A stretch of DNA of 64,000 nt, from contig NC_043009.1 in the NCBI RefSeq assembly GCF_006345805.1, positions 62,000,001 through 62,064,000 on the forward strand, given 5' to 3'. The notes under the pieces are model-generated. The model was given only the letters and a program-made list of their open reading frames with translations, did no database searches and was not told where the DNA came from. Position numbers and translations under genes: made by a program. Shown here piece after piece: positions 22,976-36,447 of this stretch (positions within the stretch are counted from its first letter, which is position 1; every line of letters begins with the position of its first letter). Source of the DNA: Octopus sinensis. Taxonomy: Eukaryota.

Positions 22976-24944
22976 CTGATTGAAAAGAGAAAGAACATCT
23001 TGATTACTGTCACGTTGCACAGACAACAACATTATTTAGCCTTGAAAAAAATTTTCTTTCTATACTAATCAGTTAATTATTGCTATTTCCATAAGTATGC
23101 TGAAGAGCAAGTTTCATTGATATGGTCAAAATAAGACCGAAACATGTTCAGAGTTGTCTCCCGTACTTGCCAGGAAAATAAACAATGACTATTGGTTTAC
23201 AGATTTTTCTTCCACGTCCATGAATTAAATAGGTTTACACTAATTAACTTGTCTAATAACAATTATAAAACAAAATTACATTAGCATACAAACATATCCA
23301 CACACACACACATTATGTATATATAAACTTACACACGAAAGAGAAAAGTGTCTTCTAGAAAAGTCTTCAGCCACTGAGTATTCTTTTATATTAACAATTA
23401 CTATTAAGTTTAGAAAGATGACTCGATGCCAGGACAAAGACACAAACCTAATTCTCACTAACATGGATAAATTATTATTAAACATTGATGATAATACAAA
23501 TGTCCAGCTCAGTGCAGCCATCTGGTTCGCCAGTCCTCAGTGAAATCGTTCAACCCATGCTAGCATGGAAAGCGGACGTTAAAAGATGATGATGATGTAT
23601 GTGTGTATGGACATATGTATCAAAAGGATGTGTTATAATACTATTCCACAACCAAACCAACAATCCAACATACCTCCATCATAAGCTGCCCCCATGGATA
23701 TCATACACTTTTGTTTACTATTGTCTCAGGTAAAATAAAAATGCCTTACAGGTCTTCACATGTAGTCCGCATAAATATATTGTTCACCTAAGTGGTAGAT
23801 GATTAATCACTTTCCTGAAATTTCTGTTATAAATGGTTAGGTCCCTTGTGTGAGGGAACTCCAAGAACTTCGACCTATCTTCAGTTTTTTGTCCCACGGC
23901 ACAGAGTAACCATCTTGGTTTTTATCTAACATGTCGATTAAAGTCACAAGCCAGGGTAATGAGGTCAATATTATTCAGATGCAATCTGAAAGTCATAAAA
24001 ACGATCCTTTTGCACCAGTCAGTCCCGACTGGGGACCACAAAGGGGATATACTGCTGCTGTTGTGTCGCCTAGGATTCGTCATTTTGTCGCATACCTGGC
24101 TATCTCAGTTACCTTTTCTATAATCCATTTTCTACTAGCACTTCACTCACTCTAGAGTTGTTGCTGACCAACTTCCCACCTGAACACAGCAAACATCCAT
24201 TTGGTTCCCCTCTAGAATATCTACAATCTCTTCAGATCTATTTTCCCTCGTTTATATACATGACTAGCAGTATCGCCCAGCGTTGCTCAGGTTTGTTTCG
24301 ACCCTTTAGAATTGGAATTTTTGAAAAGTAAAAATTTTGCATTATGTAGCTTGTTATTCTCTTTAAGTGAACATTTTTCTGGTTGAAATACACCGAAAAA
24401 TGGCAACACAGCAGTAAAAAAATCGTAGAAAATAGGGATTTTCATAAAAAAAAAGCAGTACCTTTTTGATGTAAGTAATTTTTGGTGTTAACATAGTCCT
24501 ATTTGAATTTTTCTTCTACGGAACGAAGAGCAAGCCTTCTTCTATCATACTCTTAATTTTGGTCAACTTGAGCTAACTCAAACACAGCCATTTACTAAGT
24601 GGCAAGAACATAACTTCAGTTAGGTCATCACTGAGCAAAACCTTGCTAAAAGACATTCTTACGGAGATGACAAGATTACAAGTAGACTATCTTTCATTAA
24701 ATTTCCCAGTAGCAACTATACCTCCCAATGGCTAAACTTCAGTGACCCAATCACTTCAGTTGTTAGTTGGTCAAGCTAGTTGTCCCCCAGTTACATTTGC
24801 ATCATGCAAACACACTTGCCGGCCATTTGCAACATACGTTTGCAATGTAACATTCTACAAAGGTAAAATGTCAAGGATTTGATGGATTACTGATAAGGAA
24901 ACCAGCCACACAAACAAACGAAACCAAGTTGGTCATGTACTTAC

Positions 24945-25024
24945 CTGCTTTCCAGTAAACTGAAACACACCACCGGTATTGGGGAAGCTAAATGGTTCAG
25001 AGCCACGGTTGGAGGTAAAATTAG
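24945..25024 (-). CDS. NUP153: NUP153 exon, FG region
   Basis: NFTSNRGSEPFSFPNTGGVFQFTGKQ; TTTCAG/GTAAGT, phase 1-0 links both neighbours. Confidence 0.88.
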
Positions 25025-25884
25025 CTGAAAATAACAAAAGCTAGAATTAGCATCTCAGGTTGGAGCAGAGATAAAACAGAGGCAGTAATTGTTCAGCAGT
25101 ATTATTGTTGTGTTGCAGTGTCATTATAACCAGGAAGTAAAACCTTATAACTAATAACTAATGAACAATAAAAAAGCCACTGGAGCATGGAACTTTTTAA
25201 TGAAAATGTCTTTCTGCAGGAAATCCTTTAAATAAAATGGAGTGGTGTTGGTGATATTGTCGAAGCACTCACTCAAAATCCATCTTCCATGCTGGCATGG
25301 GTTGGACAGTGACAGGTACTGGCAAACCAGAGGAGTGCACCAGACTCCCCTGTCTGTTTTGGCAAACCACTTTTTGAAGTGGATCGGGTGCTTTTTATGT
25401 GACGCCAGTGAGGTCTAATTTACATGGTTGTCAGGTTTAGAGAAATGCACACTGAAATATTTGAAAGTCAGTGAGGCTTGCCTTCTTTGGGGCATGGGTA
25501 GAGAGCAATTTTCTTTTTGCTATGGACCTGGAACATGGATTATGAAGAAAAAGCTTCAAGATCTTGAAAGTTCAAAGCATCTCAGAGTGTGAGGCTAAGA
25601 GCAAAGGGGAAATTTATGAACACATTCCACCCATTAATGCTAGATGCAAGGTAAGTTTTGTTGGCTGTTGCTATCATGCTAACAACAGGCCATATCAGAT
25701 GTTAATATCTGGAAACTTTTCATGGAGCGGAGGATGAAGACCATACAACTTTATTAATATGACCGACAAAGATGCATAATATGAAATCAACGATCTACCA
25801 AAGCAAATAGGGGCAGAGATTCATGGTACAACATTGTGAGATGCATCTCGGTTGTAGCTACCTGACAAAGAATTTTAATATATC

Positions 25885-26340
25885 GGGTTAAGTGTGGAAG
25901 AGGTAGACCCAAGAAGACATGGGATGAGATGGTGAAGCACAATCTTCGAACACTGGGCCTCAAGCGGGCAATGACAAGCGACCGAGACCTTTGGCAAAAT
26001 GCTGTGATTGAGAAGACCTGTCAAGCCAAGTGGAACCATAGTCGCAGCTGATGCTGGTATCATATAACAGGCACCCGTGCCGGTGGCATGTAAAAAGCAT
26101 CCTTCAAAAATTGGGCCTCATGGAGCTGATAAGTATCCGAGACCTCTGGCGATATGCTGTGCTTGAGAAGACTCATCAAGCCTAGTGAAACCATGGTCGT
26201 GGCAGACAGCAAGGTCACATAAAAAGCATCCATTACACTCTTGGAGTGGTTGGCATTAGGAAGGGTATCCAGCTGTAGAAACCATGCCAAATTAGATTAG
26301 AACCTAGTGCAGCTCTCCAGCTTAACCAGTTCCTATAGCA
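25885..26340 (+). mobile_element. Older RTE LINE 3' fragment (similar 41110-41570 -, 46075-46430 -)
   Basis: CGRGRPKKTWDEMVKHNLRTLGL followed by the 3' UTR motifs. Confidence 0.82.
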
Positions 26341-26396
26341 GTATGGGAAGATGCTGAATGGTGATAATTAAACTGACATAATTGCAGATTACTTAC

Positions 26397-26804
26397 TTGT
26401 TGCAGGTGTGGTAGTAGCTACATTAAAAGGCTTGCTGTTAAACAATGGTGGTGTTGGGTTGGCTGGTCTAAATGGAAATGAAGGTGCCGCGGCCCCAAAA
26501 GTAGCAGGAGAACTGGCCGCAGAGGCTGGGCTGCCAAACACAAAAGCTGGGGTTGACTGAGTAGTAGTGGTAACAGTAGGGGTTGCGGCAGTCGTCTGAG
26601 CCAAGGGGAAATTAAAGCCAGGAGAAGTAAACGTTGAAGGAGCAGTTGTACTGCTACTACCACTGTTGGCACCACTACCACTACTACTATTGCTACTTAT
26701 TACACCAAACGCTGGTAAGGAATTCCCAAATTGAAACTGCTGGCTGTTTGAAGCTGTGCTGCTGTTGGTAGTGGTGGCAGAGAAAGGATTCTTACTAGCA
26801 GAGT
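26397..26804 (-). CDS. NUP153: NUP153 exon, FG/Ser-Thr-rich region
   Basis: SASKNPFS...FQFG...FVFG...TFG...; TGCAG/GTAAGT, phase 1-1. Confidence 0.92.
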
Positions 26805-27029
26805 CTGCAAATAAAAGATAAAACAGCAATGCATTAAACGAAAGACAATTAAAACCAGTTTCCATCACAGGTTAAACCAGATGACAATGCTGTGCTCAAG
26901 AGAAGAAGCAATTGGTTTTTTTGTTTTTTTTATTGAAGAAATAAAATTTCATATTGATTTTGTTTTCTGGTCTATTCTGATGTCCATTAAATGAAATCCT
27001 CACATCTACTGGCTAAGATTCAAGATTAA

Positions 27030-27249
27030 CCCTTTAGTGTTCTGATTATTCTATCAAATATAATGCCTATTGATTCACATTGATTTTGAATTAATCATGC
27101 ATTATCTCATATCTTCAAGATCTTGATGGTGTAATTACTTAATGTAGAATAACATTGTAGGGTAGGTGTGAGAGCCTGGATCTGGTCAGTTTGAACATAA
27201 AACAGATTAGCTATTTTGGCCGGATATGGCCGGTTTAAATACTAAAGGG
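27030..27249. mobile_element. piggyBac-type MITE (related 32475-32712, 37720-37826, 46548-46755)
   Basis: TTAA|CCCTTTAGT ... ACTAAAGGG|TTAA. Confidence 0.8.
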
Positions 27250-27905
27250 TTAATGTTATTTGCAAATGTATACGGTTATTTCATTAAAATTGATCAGTTA
27301 GTGAGCTCAATAATTGATTTACTTATGCTGGAACCACTGAAGACTTAACACAGTCTGTTGAGGAGAGTCAATATTTCTATGTGTAGAGAGTCACTGGTAG
27401 GCAAGAGTGGACCATTGACAGCCAAGTGCTTTGGCTATTGATACGCTACCACTGAATGAGCATCTGTATCAATTCTGTCCACCCAATTTCACTTACAAAG
27501 TTTAGGTAAGCTGAAGTCATGATAGAAGATACTTGCCCAAGGTGCAGAACAATGTGATAACAAAGTGAACTTGACCACATGACGATGCTTGTTGACCTTC
27601 ATGATTCAAAGATGGCAGTGACTTTTTTTAGTCAATACCTCCCAAGAATTATTAAAACATGAATATGTTGGACTGAAGCAGAGAGCAACTTGCCAAGATG
27701 TTGGAGTTGGCACAGAAATCTAGAATCCAAATCAGCCTAAAGCGCTTCCACAACCCTGGGGGCCTGCATAAGCAGCAGCCTTATATTCAGTTGTTAGAAC
27801 AGGTAAGAACTGTGATGTCGGAAGTAAGAGACTGAGGAAATAAAATACCTGTTCATTTGGAACAACAATAACATATTCCTGAGTGGGAGTCTGCAGCAGA
27901 AGCAA

Positions 27906-28282
27906 GTGGAGGTGCAATGGCCCAGTGGTTAGGGCAGCAGACTTGTGGTCAGAGGATCGCGGTTTCGATTCCCAGACCGGGCGTCGTGTGTGTTAATTGA
28001 GCGAAAACACCTAAAGCTCTATGAGGCTCCAGCAGGGGGTGGTGGCAACCCCTGTTGTAATCTTTCCTCATGTTTCTTGTCCCCGACTTCCTACGCAACC
28101 GCTGAGCCTGGATGCGCATTCATCCATCCGTCGATGCTCTCGGTGTCGGGGGTTGACCTGCTTTCTCTTCTGCGGGCCTTACGAATAGCAAAGGACCACG
28201 TTTTGGACTTCTTCCACTACAGACAATCCTGAGGCGCGATCTTGCGAGCTCTGGGATGAAGACCACTTCGCTCAACAAACAA
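27906..28282 (+). mobile_element. tRNA-derived SINE with 13-bp target-site duplication
   Basis: A/B boxes, CpG-rich body, CAA-type tail; GCAGCAGAAGCAA at 27893-27905 and 28283-28295. Confidence 0.85.
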
Positions 28283-28382
28283 GCAGCAGAAGCAAAGCCA
28301 TAATATCATATCTGTGATGGGGTTACAATTGAAATCGTATAGATAAGATTGATAACAAGTTTTCAATGAGACAAGCACTTAC

Positions 28383-28514
28383 CAGAGAAAGGAGTAAATC
28401 CTCCAGAGAAAATAGCATTAGGTTGAGCTGCAGCACTGAAGTTGAAGTCAGCAGCAGGTGTTGTTGTGTTGCCAGAAGCAGAGGTCACCGAACGTTTAGC
28501 TCCACTCGGTCCAT
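28383..28514 (-). CDS. NUP153: NUP153 exon, FG region
   Basis: GPSGAKRSVTSASGNTTTPAADFNFSAAAQPNAIFSGGFTPFS; TTCCAG/GTAAGT, phase 1-1. Confidence 0.88.
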
Positions 28515-28999
28515 CTGGAAAATAAATGTTCAATGAAGACGTTCAAGATTTTGTTTAGTACAGAAACAGGGAGAGAAGCAGACTCATGATATGGTGGGAT
28601 ACAGTTTAGGCATCACAGAGAAATGACCAGCACACAGTAATAAAGCCAATGGTATGGCTATTGATACCTACATACAGTATATAAAGATGAGAATGTGTGT
28701 CCGTCTGTTTGCGTGAATCCCTAAAACTCAAGAACTACACAAACGATTTCATCCAAATTTTACACATGCCTTACTTAGGGTCCATGTCATCTCATGGGCC
28801 AAACAAATTTCAACTTCTTGCCTAATGCGAGCTCAGAGAAATCTCTTATCTCTTCCACTATTTCAGTATTATGTGTCAAAAGTGCCTTTAGCCATCACAG
28901 CCTCCCACTGCTCAACCAGTGAGATTGAAGCAGTCAACACTTCCCAAACATTTGCTAATCAACAGCTGCAGGAAAAAATGCAGAGAGCAAGAGAGAGAT

Positions 29000-29760
29000 T
29001 TCCAGAGGATCATTGTTCTATAGGAGTGATTTGCGTGGACAGATTACTCACAATGTATTACAAAAGATAATGGAAGACTTTGGGAATTGAAAAGTGTATG
29101 CAAAGAGGGTAACTAAGTAGCTGATCCCCAATTTGAAGAGAAGGGTGGAAGTCTGCTCTGTTCTATTGGAAGTGTTTGAAGCCAGTGAAAACCGTTTTTT
29201 TCCCCCAATCTAGTGGCAGATGACATATGGGCATATCTTTATGAGGTTTGCTCCACGGAATTGTATAGTACTCTTCCTAAGGCCTAAAAAGTCAATGAGT
29301 CAGTGATCAGTATTGAAAGACATGGTGACAATCAGGGGGAAAAGACTGACTGGCTGACTGACATAGGCATTAATTAGTCTTCTTGATTTTCCGGAATGTG
29401 GCCATAGTATGAACAGTGAGTGGTACAGACACTCAAAAAAGCTTAGAGAAAACAGGAGCAAGTGACTGAACAAGAACGATTCATCTTCACCATGACAATG
29501 TGCAACCACACACATCTTTGTGCCATAAATTGGAATGGTCAGTGGTTCCCCCATCCATTGATCGGCCTGGGTCTGGTGCCCTCTGACCCCCATCGGTTTG
29601 ATCCAATGGAGCAGTCTTTGAGGACAATGATTTGATGATGCAGACAAAGTGAAAATGGTTGAGTAGAAGTGGGTACAATAATGCACACCTGAAGCTTTAC
29701 AAAGAGGACATGAGGAATAGGTTCACAGTCTCTTGTGATAGAGACTATGGTGAGCAGTAC
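29000..29760 (+). mobile_element. Decayed mariner transposase
   Basis: ADDIWAYLYE, IHLHHDNVQPH and LVPSDPHRF correspond to the mariner GDETW, HDNARPH and LAPSDFHLF motifs. Confidence 0.65.
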
Positions 29761-30027
29761 CTTTGTAGAGAGAAAGAGTTACTAACACGGGCATTTAGTA
29801 TGTTAGTCAATCATAAAGCCAAGCCCACTTATGCATATTTTCCATAAAGCTATATTATTTACACAACATCTATAATATAGTTATAACACAACACACTACT
29901 GTAATATAACAATTTACTTCATAAACATAAAACTATATAACATGATATACTAGTGTAACATAGCAACAGAGAAACTGAGATATACAGTGAAAGTCTGTAG
30001 AGAATTATAAACGAACTGCAAGCTAAC

Positions 30028-30150
30028 CTGTTTCATCATCACGTTCTCGCTTCAAGGGTGAAGTTATACTGAAAGATGATTTAGGTGCTGCAACAGATGG
30101 AGGATTGGTATTTTTGTTACTGTCACTACCAAATATAAAGGTACTGGCAA
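30028..30150 (-). CDS. NUP153: NUP153 exon, FG region
   Basis: ASTFIFGSDSNKNTNPPSVAAPKSSFSITSPLKRERDDET; TTTCAG/GTTAGC, phase 1-1. Confidence 0.87.
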
Positions 30151-30569
30151 CTGAAAATAGAACAGAGAGAGAGACTTATCAGTTCAATTCCTGAAAGAGA
30201 CAGACAAATATTACAAAATCAATTTCAGAAAGAAAAAAAAAATTTTTAATCCAAGAGGACCGAAGTTCTAGGAAGGAAAAACTGGACACAATGTGGAGAA
30301 TGAGTGATCATACACAATATAGATGATGAGAGAGAAGAGCTGGATGAGTTGGGACATGCCTGAATGAAGGTGACACGAGGCCACTGTAGTAGCAGCAGAA
30401 GAAAAAGCAGAGGACACTGAAGATCTGTGGATCAAAGAAACATTGGAGCAAGTAAGTGAATGACTCCATAACCAATCAGATAGGTGTATGTGTTCACATA
30501 AATAGAGGGCACCGGAGTATCACGAATACACAAAAGAGAGTTTGATCTGAAACACTGAATCAGTTTTAA

Positions 30570-30775
30570 CCCTTTTGTTACCATATTTCTGCTGAAATAC
30601 AAGGTTTTGTTTCAATTTTGAAAAGAAAGTAGGTTTTAGTAAAATAACTCATGATTAAGCTGGTCTTTGGAACATGAACATAAAATTGTGGAAGGTTTTA
30701 GTTTAGATAACTTTAAAACAAGAAGTTTGTATCAAAGGACCAGGGGTAGTCTCAGACAGGTTGACATCAAAAGGG
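30570..30775. mobile_element. piggyBac-type MITE (related 59954-60164; partial near 53640-53750)
   Basis: TTAA|CCCTTTTG ... CAAAAGGG|TTAA; 59954-60164 ends in GTAACGAAAGGG|TTAA. Confidence 0.8.
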
Positions 30776-33607
30776 TTAACATTTTTTATTAGAGTTAGAA
30801 GCAATTTGTTATATATTAATGTCAACTCTGACATTTATTTTAAAATATTTCGTTTGACTTTTTCTTCAAATAGGCACAGACATTGCTGTGTGGTAAGAAA
30901 CTCCACATGGTTCCAGGTTCAGTCCCACTGCAGGTCACCTTGGGCAAGTGTCTTCTACTATAGCCTCAGGCTGGCCAAAGCTTTTTGAGTGGACTTGATA
31001 GACAGAAACTGAAAGAAGCTCGTTGTGCATGTGTGTTTTTATATATGTGTTTGTCCCCTACCATCAATTGAGAACTGGTGTTGGTGTGTTTGAATCCCTG
31101 TAACTTAGCACTGACAGAATAACACCAGGCTTAACAGAAAAAAAAATACTGTGGTTGAGATTGATCCATTCAACTAAACTTCTTAAAGGTGGTGTACCAG
31201 CATGGCCACAGTCTAATGACTGAAACAAATAAAAGATAAAATCTCTTTTGTGCTTTTATATTTTCTTGAAGTGTAATGTACAATTTATTTAATATTTGAT
31301 GTTTTATTCTATGCCAATGAGAACTGGGACCAACACAGCACACTGGAGCAACGTTTTGCTTTTGGATGTGGGTCATGCCATCTTAATCATAATAATACTT
31401 AGAAGAGAAACCATCTATCGGGTCAACACTTCAACCAGACACAACTGGTACTCAATCACACATAACTATGTTGCTTGGGAGCCTAAAGGGCAGGAATCAA
31501 GCAATCTTCTATGCAAGAAACTAAATCAGAGAGAACTACCTCTCAATACCATGTGCTTTTAGTTTTTGCATCTTATTGAATTCCTTTGGATATTTTCTAT
31601 CTTTGATTTTCAAGCAACACAACTGGTAATTATTTCAAGCAGTGAGTTAGAACTCGGTGATATTATTTATTAATGATTTACATGCTGGTGCCATGTAAAA
31701 AGCACCCAATACACTCTGTAGAGGTTGGCATTAGGAAGGGCATCCAACTATAGAAACCTAGCCAAAACAGACTATGGAATCTAGTGCAATCCCTGTCAAA
31801 CCGTCCAACACATACCAGCATGGAAAATGGATGTTAGATGTTGATGATGACAAATTAGAGAGAGAGCTGGGACTTGGAGAAGATAATCAGAGTAATATTT
31901 TAGGGGCAAGTGATTTTAATTGGAATTTGCTGAGTTATCAATGGTGAGAGGAGTGATCAAGTGGTTAATCATTGAATTCATGCTTTCATTAGTGACGTGG
32001 GCCTTACAAATTCTCTGAACTTAAAAACTTAAGTCTGTTGAAGATTTTCTTCAATTTTTACCTGAGAAAATTTTTGTCAGGATGAGACCAGAGTACGTTC
32101 ATCAACAGGAAAATGCCATCTTATGACATCAACGGAGGAGATGAAAGCAGGTCTTGGAATGCTTCTCCTCATGGTTGCTGTGCAGCCTCAATGTTAACAA
32201 AAACCAATTCAACTCAAGAGCATGTGAGTGATATCTTGTAAATGCAGGTGAAAACATCTACGTGTAATCAACTTACCCATATTCAACCACACCTGGGAAG
32301 GTGACAGAGACATGACAACAGGTAAAAACCACATTCACAATATACACCAACAATCATTGTATCCTGCCACCAAGTTTCATTCACATTCATGCAATGGTCT
32401 TATTTTAATATTTTTATACTGAACTGAACATCATTCCATCAAAATCCCTATTTCTTATAAGATTGGGAGACTTAAACCCTTTAAGCATTTAGATTACTCT
32501 GTCAAATGTAAGGCTTATTTATTCACATCATTTTGAATTAATCAGATATCTTGTAGCTTTGACATTTTGGTGGTATTTTTTAAGAATATCTTTGATACTT
32601 TCGATGTATATTTTTAGAGTGACATTTTAGGGGAGGTGTAAGAGTGTGGATCTGACCAGTTTGAACATAAAACAAATAGAATATTATGGCTGGTTTAAAT
32701 GCTACAGAGTTAGAGAGAAAAAGCACTCTAGGAATTTAAGAGTTAATACATTTTCCCTCCCTATCTCCAATCCAAAAGAGGACTGTCAGTCCTTTTAATA
32801 TTCCTCTCCACACCTCTTCAACCCCTGATATTCCTATCACTATAATTGCCTCAAGTTTTCATAACTTCTAAGTCGTGCCAGTCGAACTCTGAACACACAC
32901 ATCAGTCATCTCTCAAACACACACTTCTCCTCACTTCCGATCTATTCTAAATATGCTACCCTCCAAATTTTCAAATTCCCATTTACTCACCAACATAAGC
33001 AACTCAACAGGGACACCAAGGATAACAAGCATTGCCATTCTTTCTTTCCCAGACTTAACTAATAACATTAACCAACGTCGCCTTACTGGCACCTGTGCTG
33101 GTGGCATGTGTAAAAGGATTCAAGCGAGGTCGTTGCCAGTACCGCCTGACTGGCCCCCGTGTCAGTGGCACCACTACACTCTCGGAGTGGTTGGTGTTAG
33201 GAAGGGCATCCAGCAGTAGAAACTCTGCCAAATCAAGATTGGAGCCTGGTGCAGCCATCTGGTTCGCCAGCCCTCAGTCAAAATTGTCCAACCCATGCTA
33301 GCATGGAAAGCGGACGTTAAACGATGATGATGATGATGATTAAGAAAGATAAGAGATTAATAATAATAATCCTTTCTACTAGAGGCACCAGGCCTGAAAT
33401 TTTGGGGGAGGGGTTAAGTTGATTACATCTAGTCCAGCGCTCAATTGGTACTTAATTTATTGGCCCCAAAAGGATGAAAGACCAAGTTGACTTCAGAACA
33501 TGAAGACAGACAAAATGCTGTGAAGCATTTTGCCAGGATAGCTAATGATTGTGCCAGCTCACTGCCATAATAATAATGATAATAAAAATTGTGAATGCTT
33601 AACATAC

Positions 33608-34390
33608 CATTCTTAGTGCTGTCAGAACTCCCTGCAGTGCCAAAAATAGGTGTTGCTGATTTCTCTGTGCTGACTGAAAATGCTGGTAGTGCGGCTGATG
33701 AAGTGGTTTTTGTATCAGGAGCAGGCATCTTGAAACCAGCAGCAACAGGCTTATCTGTCCCCGTAAAACAAAACCCTGATGATGATGACGATGATGAAGC
33801 TGCCGTAGCAAAAGTAGAAGTAGGAGCTGTAATAGGTGGTGCTGCACTTGCAGTTGTGCAGTTCAGTGAAGAACTGTTGCCACTGTTTGAAGTAGAGGGA
33901 TCAGCTAAAGGTGCTGCTGATTCCTTAACGTTAAATCCAAAGCCACCAGATTTAGGTTGTGAAAAGACAAAACTAGCAGGCTTTGGCGGGTCATCACTTT
34001 TCTCTTTTTTATCATCACTGTTACCAAATTTGAAGTCACTGCCAGGTTTGTTTCCAGGTACTGATGATACAAAACCAAATTTAAAACCGGTCGAGCTTCC
34101 AACCCCAGATTCAGTTTTAGTTGAATCTTCCTGTGAAGATGGTACTCCAAATTTAAACCCATTGCTTGGAGCACTTGACACGTTGGGATCTAACTTAAAA
34201 CCCGAAGAAATTGGTGCAGGTTCAGAACCAAATTTGAAGCCTGTAGAAATTGGTGCCGCATCAGATGTGGAACTTGTACCAAATTTGAAAGCAGAAGAAG
34301 CTGGTGCAGAATCAGATGAAGAACTTGCAGCATTGAATTTGAAACCTGATGAGGTTATGACACCAAATTTTGGCAAAACATCAACTGAAC
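33608..34390 (-). CDS. NUP153: NUP153 large FxFG-repeat exon
   Basis: 783-nt open exon with repeated FKFG motifs; TTTCAG/GTATGT, phase 1-1. Confidence 0.94.
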
Positions 34391-35543
34391 CTGAAATAAG
34401 GAAAAAGTTGGACTGATTATTTGAGTAAAGTTTTAAATTTCTTTAAGGTCTAAATTAAAAAAATGATATTCTCATGAAGACAAATTAATGATGAACAAAT
34501 GGATATATCTAGTAAAACAGTAGAATCTGAGGAAGATTAACTGGTGGAATATATATTATATGATGATGAGGAAGAGAAATGAAATGATTTTGGGGCAAAA
34601 CCTTTATCAAGAGTTATCTCTCTGACAAAGGGTTTTGCCTGAAGCAAACTTTTATTCCTAAAACAGCCTGAAACTTAATTCTACTGTTTCACCCTATTTG
34701 TCTTAGATATATCTACATTGTTACATCATTTAGTAATGCTAGTAGAGTACCATACTCACACTGATGCTCACTTCTGCTAGACGATTTGGTAAATTCATAA
34801 TGTCGAACTAATTAAAACTTGTTCTTTCATCTGGGCTTGCTAGGCAGACAGAAGCTATTACTGACTGCATTACCCCAGAAAATATTGGGATAAAGTCACC
34901 AGAGGCAGGTCACTCAAAGGACTCTAACCAAATACAATAAATCATTTGTAATAAACTGAAAATGGCCTGTTTATTACTGGATCTCTTGATACTTTGAATC
35001 ACTTTGCAATAAAGTTACAGCCACATCCATACATACATCACTTTGTGTCAGTAAGTGTAGATACGTGTATCTATGTATGTGTGCATGTCTATATCATCAT
35101 AATTATCATTTAACCCCTGTTTCCTATGCTGGCAAGCTGCACAAGGCTCCACTTGGTTTCTATGGATGGATGCCCTTTCTAACAACAACCACTTTACAGA
35201 GTGTGCTGGATGATATATAAATATATCATCAGCATCATTTGATGTCTGCTTTTATGCCGGCATGGACTGGACATGCACACATACATATCACCAGCTGACA
35301 TGTCTCACACGAAACTGACAAAATTTTGTGCTCAACCAACTGGCTGGAATAAAAATTAAGAGAAGTCAGGAATGTTGCACAATACCTAATATTTGGTGAT
35401 GCATTAGAATATTGATATATTCACAGATATCTCTCTCCTGTCATTTGCTTGTATGTTATGTACCTATCTCCTACTACAATGCATACACACATGGATGACC
35501 GTCCTGGCATGGTTATAACCTACATGGAATCTAAGAGTTTCTA

Positions 35544-36447
35544 CAAGGGGGTGTCAAAAAGTTCATGGACTGGTTCCGTAGTGGGCAAACAGATGGCAGT
35601 ACATAGTTGTGTGTATAGCGAGAGGTGGCAGTGACCTTCATGAGGCAATGTCTCAAATGACATTGCTGTATTTATTTTGCAAGTTGTGAAATTTGTGATT
35701 GCATATATGCTGTATTCTGTGATTTTGACATGGACAGAAACAGAGAGCCAACGTGAAATTTTGTGTTAAACTTGGGAAGTCTGCTACAAAGACATTGAGC
35801 GTTCTTTGACAAGCTTACAGTGATGAGGCAATGGTTTGTATGCAATGTCTTGAGTGGCATGGGCACTTCAAAAGCGGAAGAATGTCCCTGGAAGGCAATG
35901 AGCAATCTGGAAGATATACCACGAGCATCACCACAAGAAATGTATTGTGTATCAAGAATTTGTCCCCCAGGACCAGACCGTCAATCAAGAGTTCTACTGT
36001 GGCATTTTGAAGTGCTTGAGGGAGGATATTTGGCAAATGACTGGATCTGTGGAGTACCAAGAATTGAATTCTTCAAGAACATCATGCACCCCATCACCAA
36101 GCTCTCCTCACACATGAGTTTCTCACCAAAAGCAACATGGTATCACTTTCACACCTGTCCTATTCACCAGATTTAGCACCTGTAGATTTTCATCTCTTCC
36201 CCAAGATGAAAATACAGCTGAAAAGTCGCCATTTTAATACTGTTGTCAAGCTCCAGAGCAAACTGCAGAAGGTTCTCAACTGACTCATGGAAAACAACTT
36301 CAAGACCAGATTCCAAAAGTGGTAGGAACGCTGGGACCAGTGTATTGCTGTGCAAGTTGACTATTTCGATGGAGATATTAAAATGTAGGTAAATAAGTTA
36401 CTTTTTATTAAACATAATTAGTCTGGGAACCTTTTGATACCACCTCA
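35544..36447 (+). mobile_element. Internally deleted mariner transposon with both terminal inverted repeats (TIRs)
   Basis: TA|CAAGGGGGTGTCAAAAAGTTC ... GAACCTTTTGATACCACCTCA|TA; ANVKFCVKLGKSATKT and YSPDLAPVDFHLFPKMK. Confidence 0.88.

Noticed and set aside
33595-34416. 273-aa ORF on the + strand
   Set aside because: Antisense shadow of the Ser/Ala/Gly-rich NUP153 FG exon; coextensive with it and has no independent features
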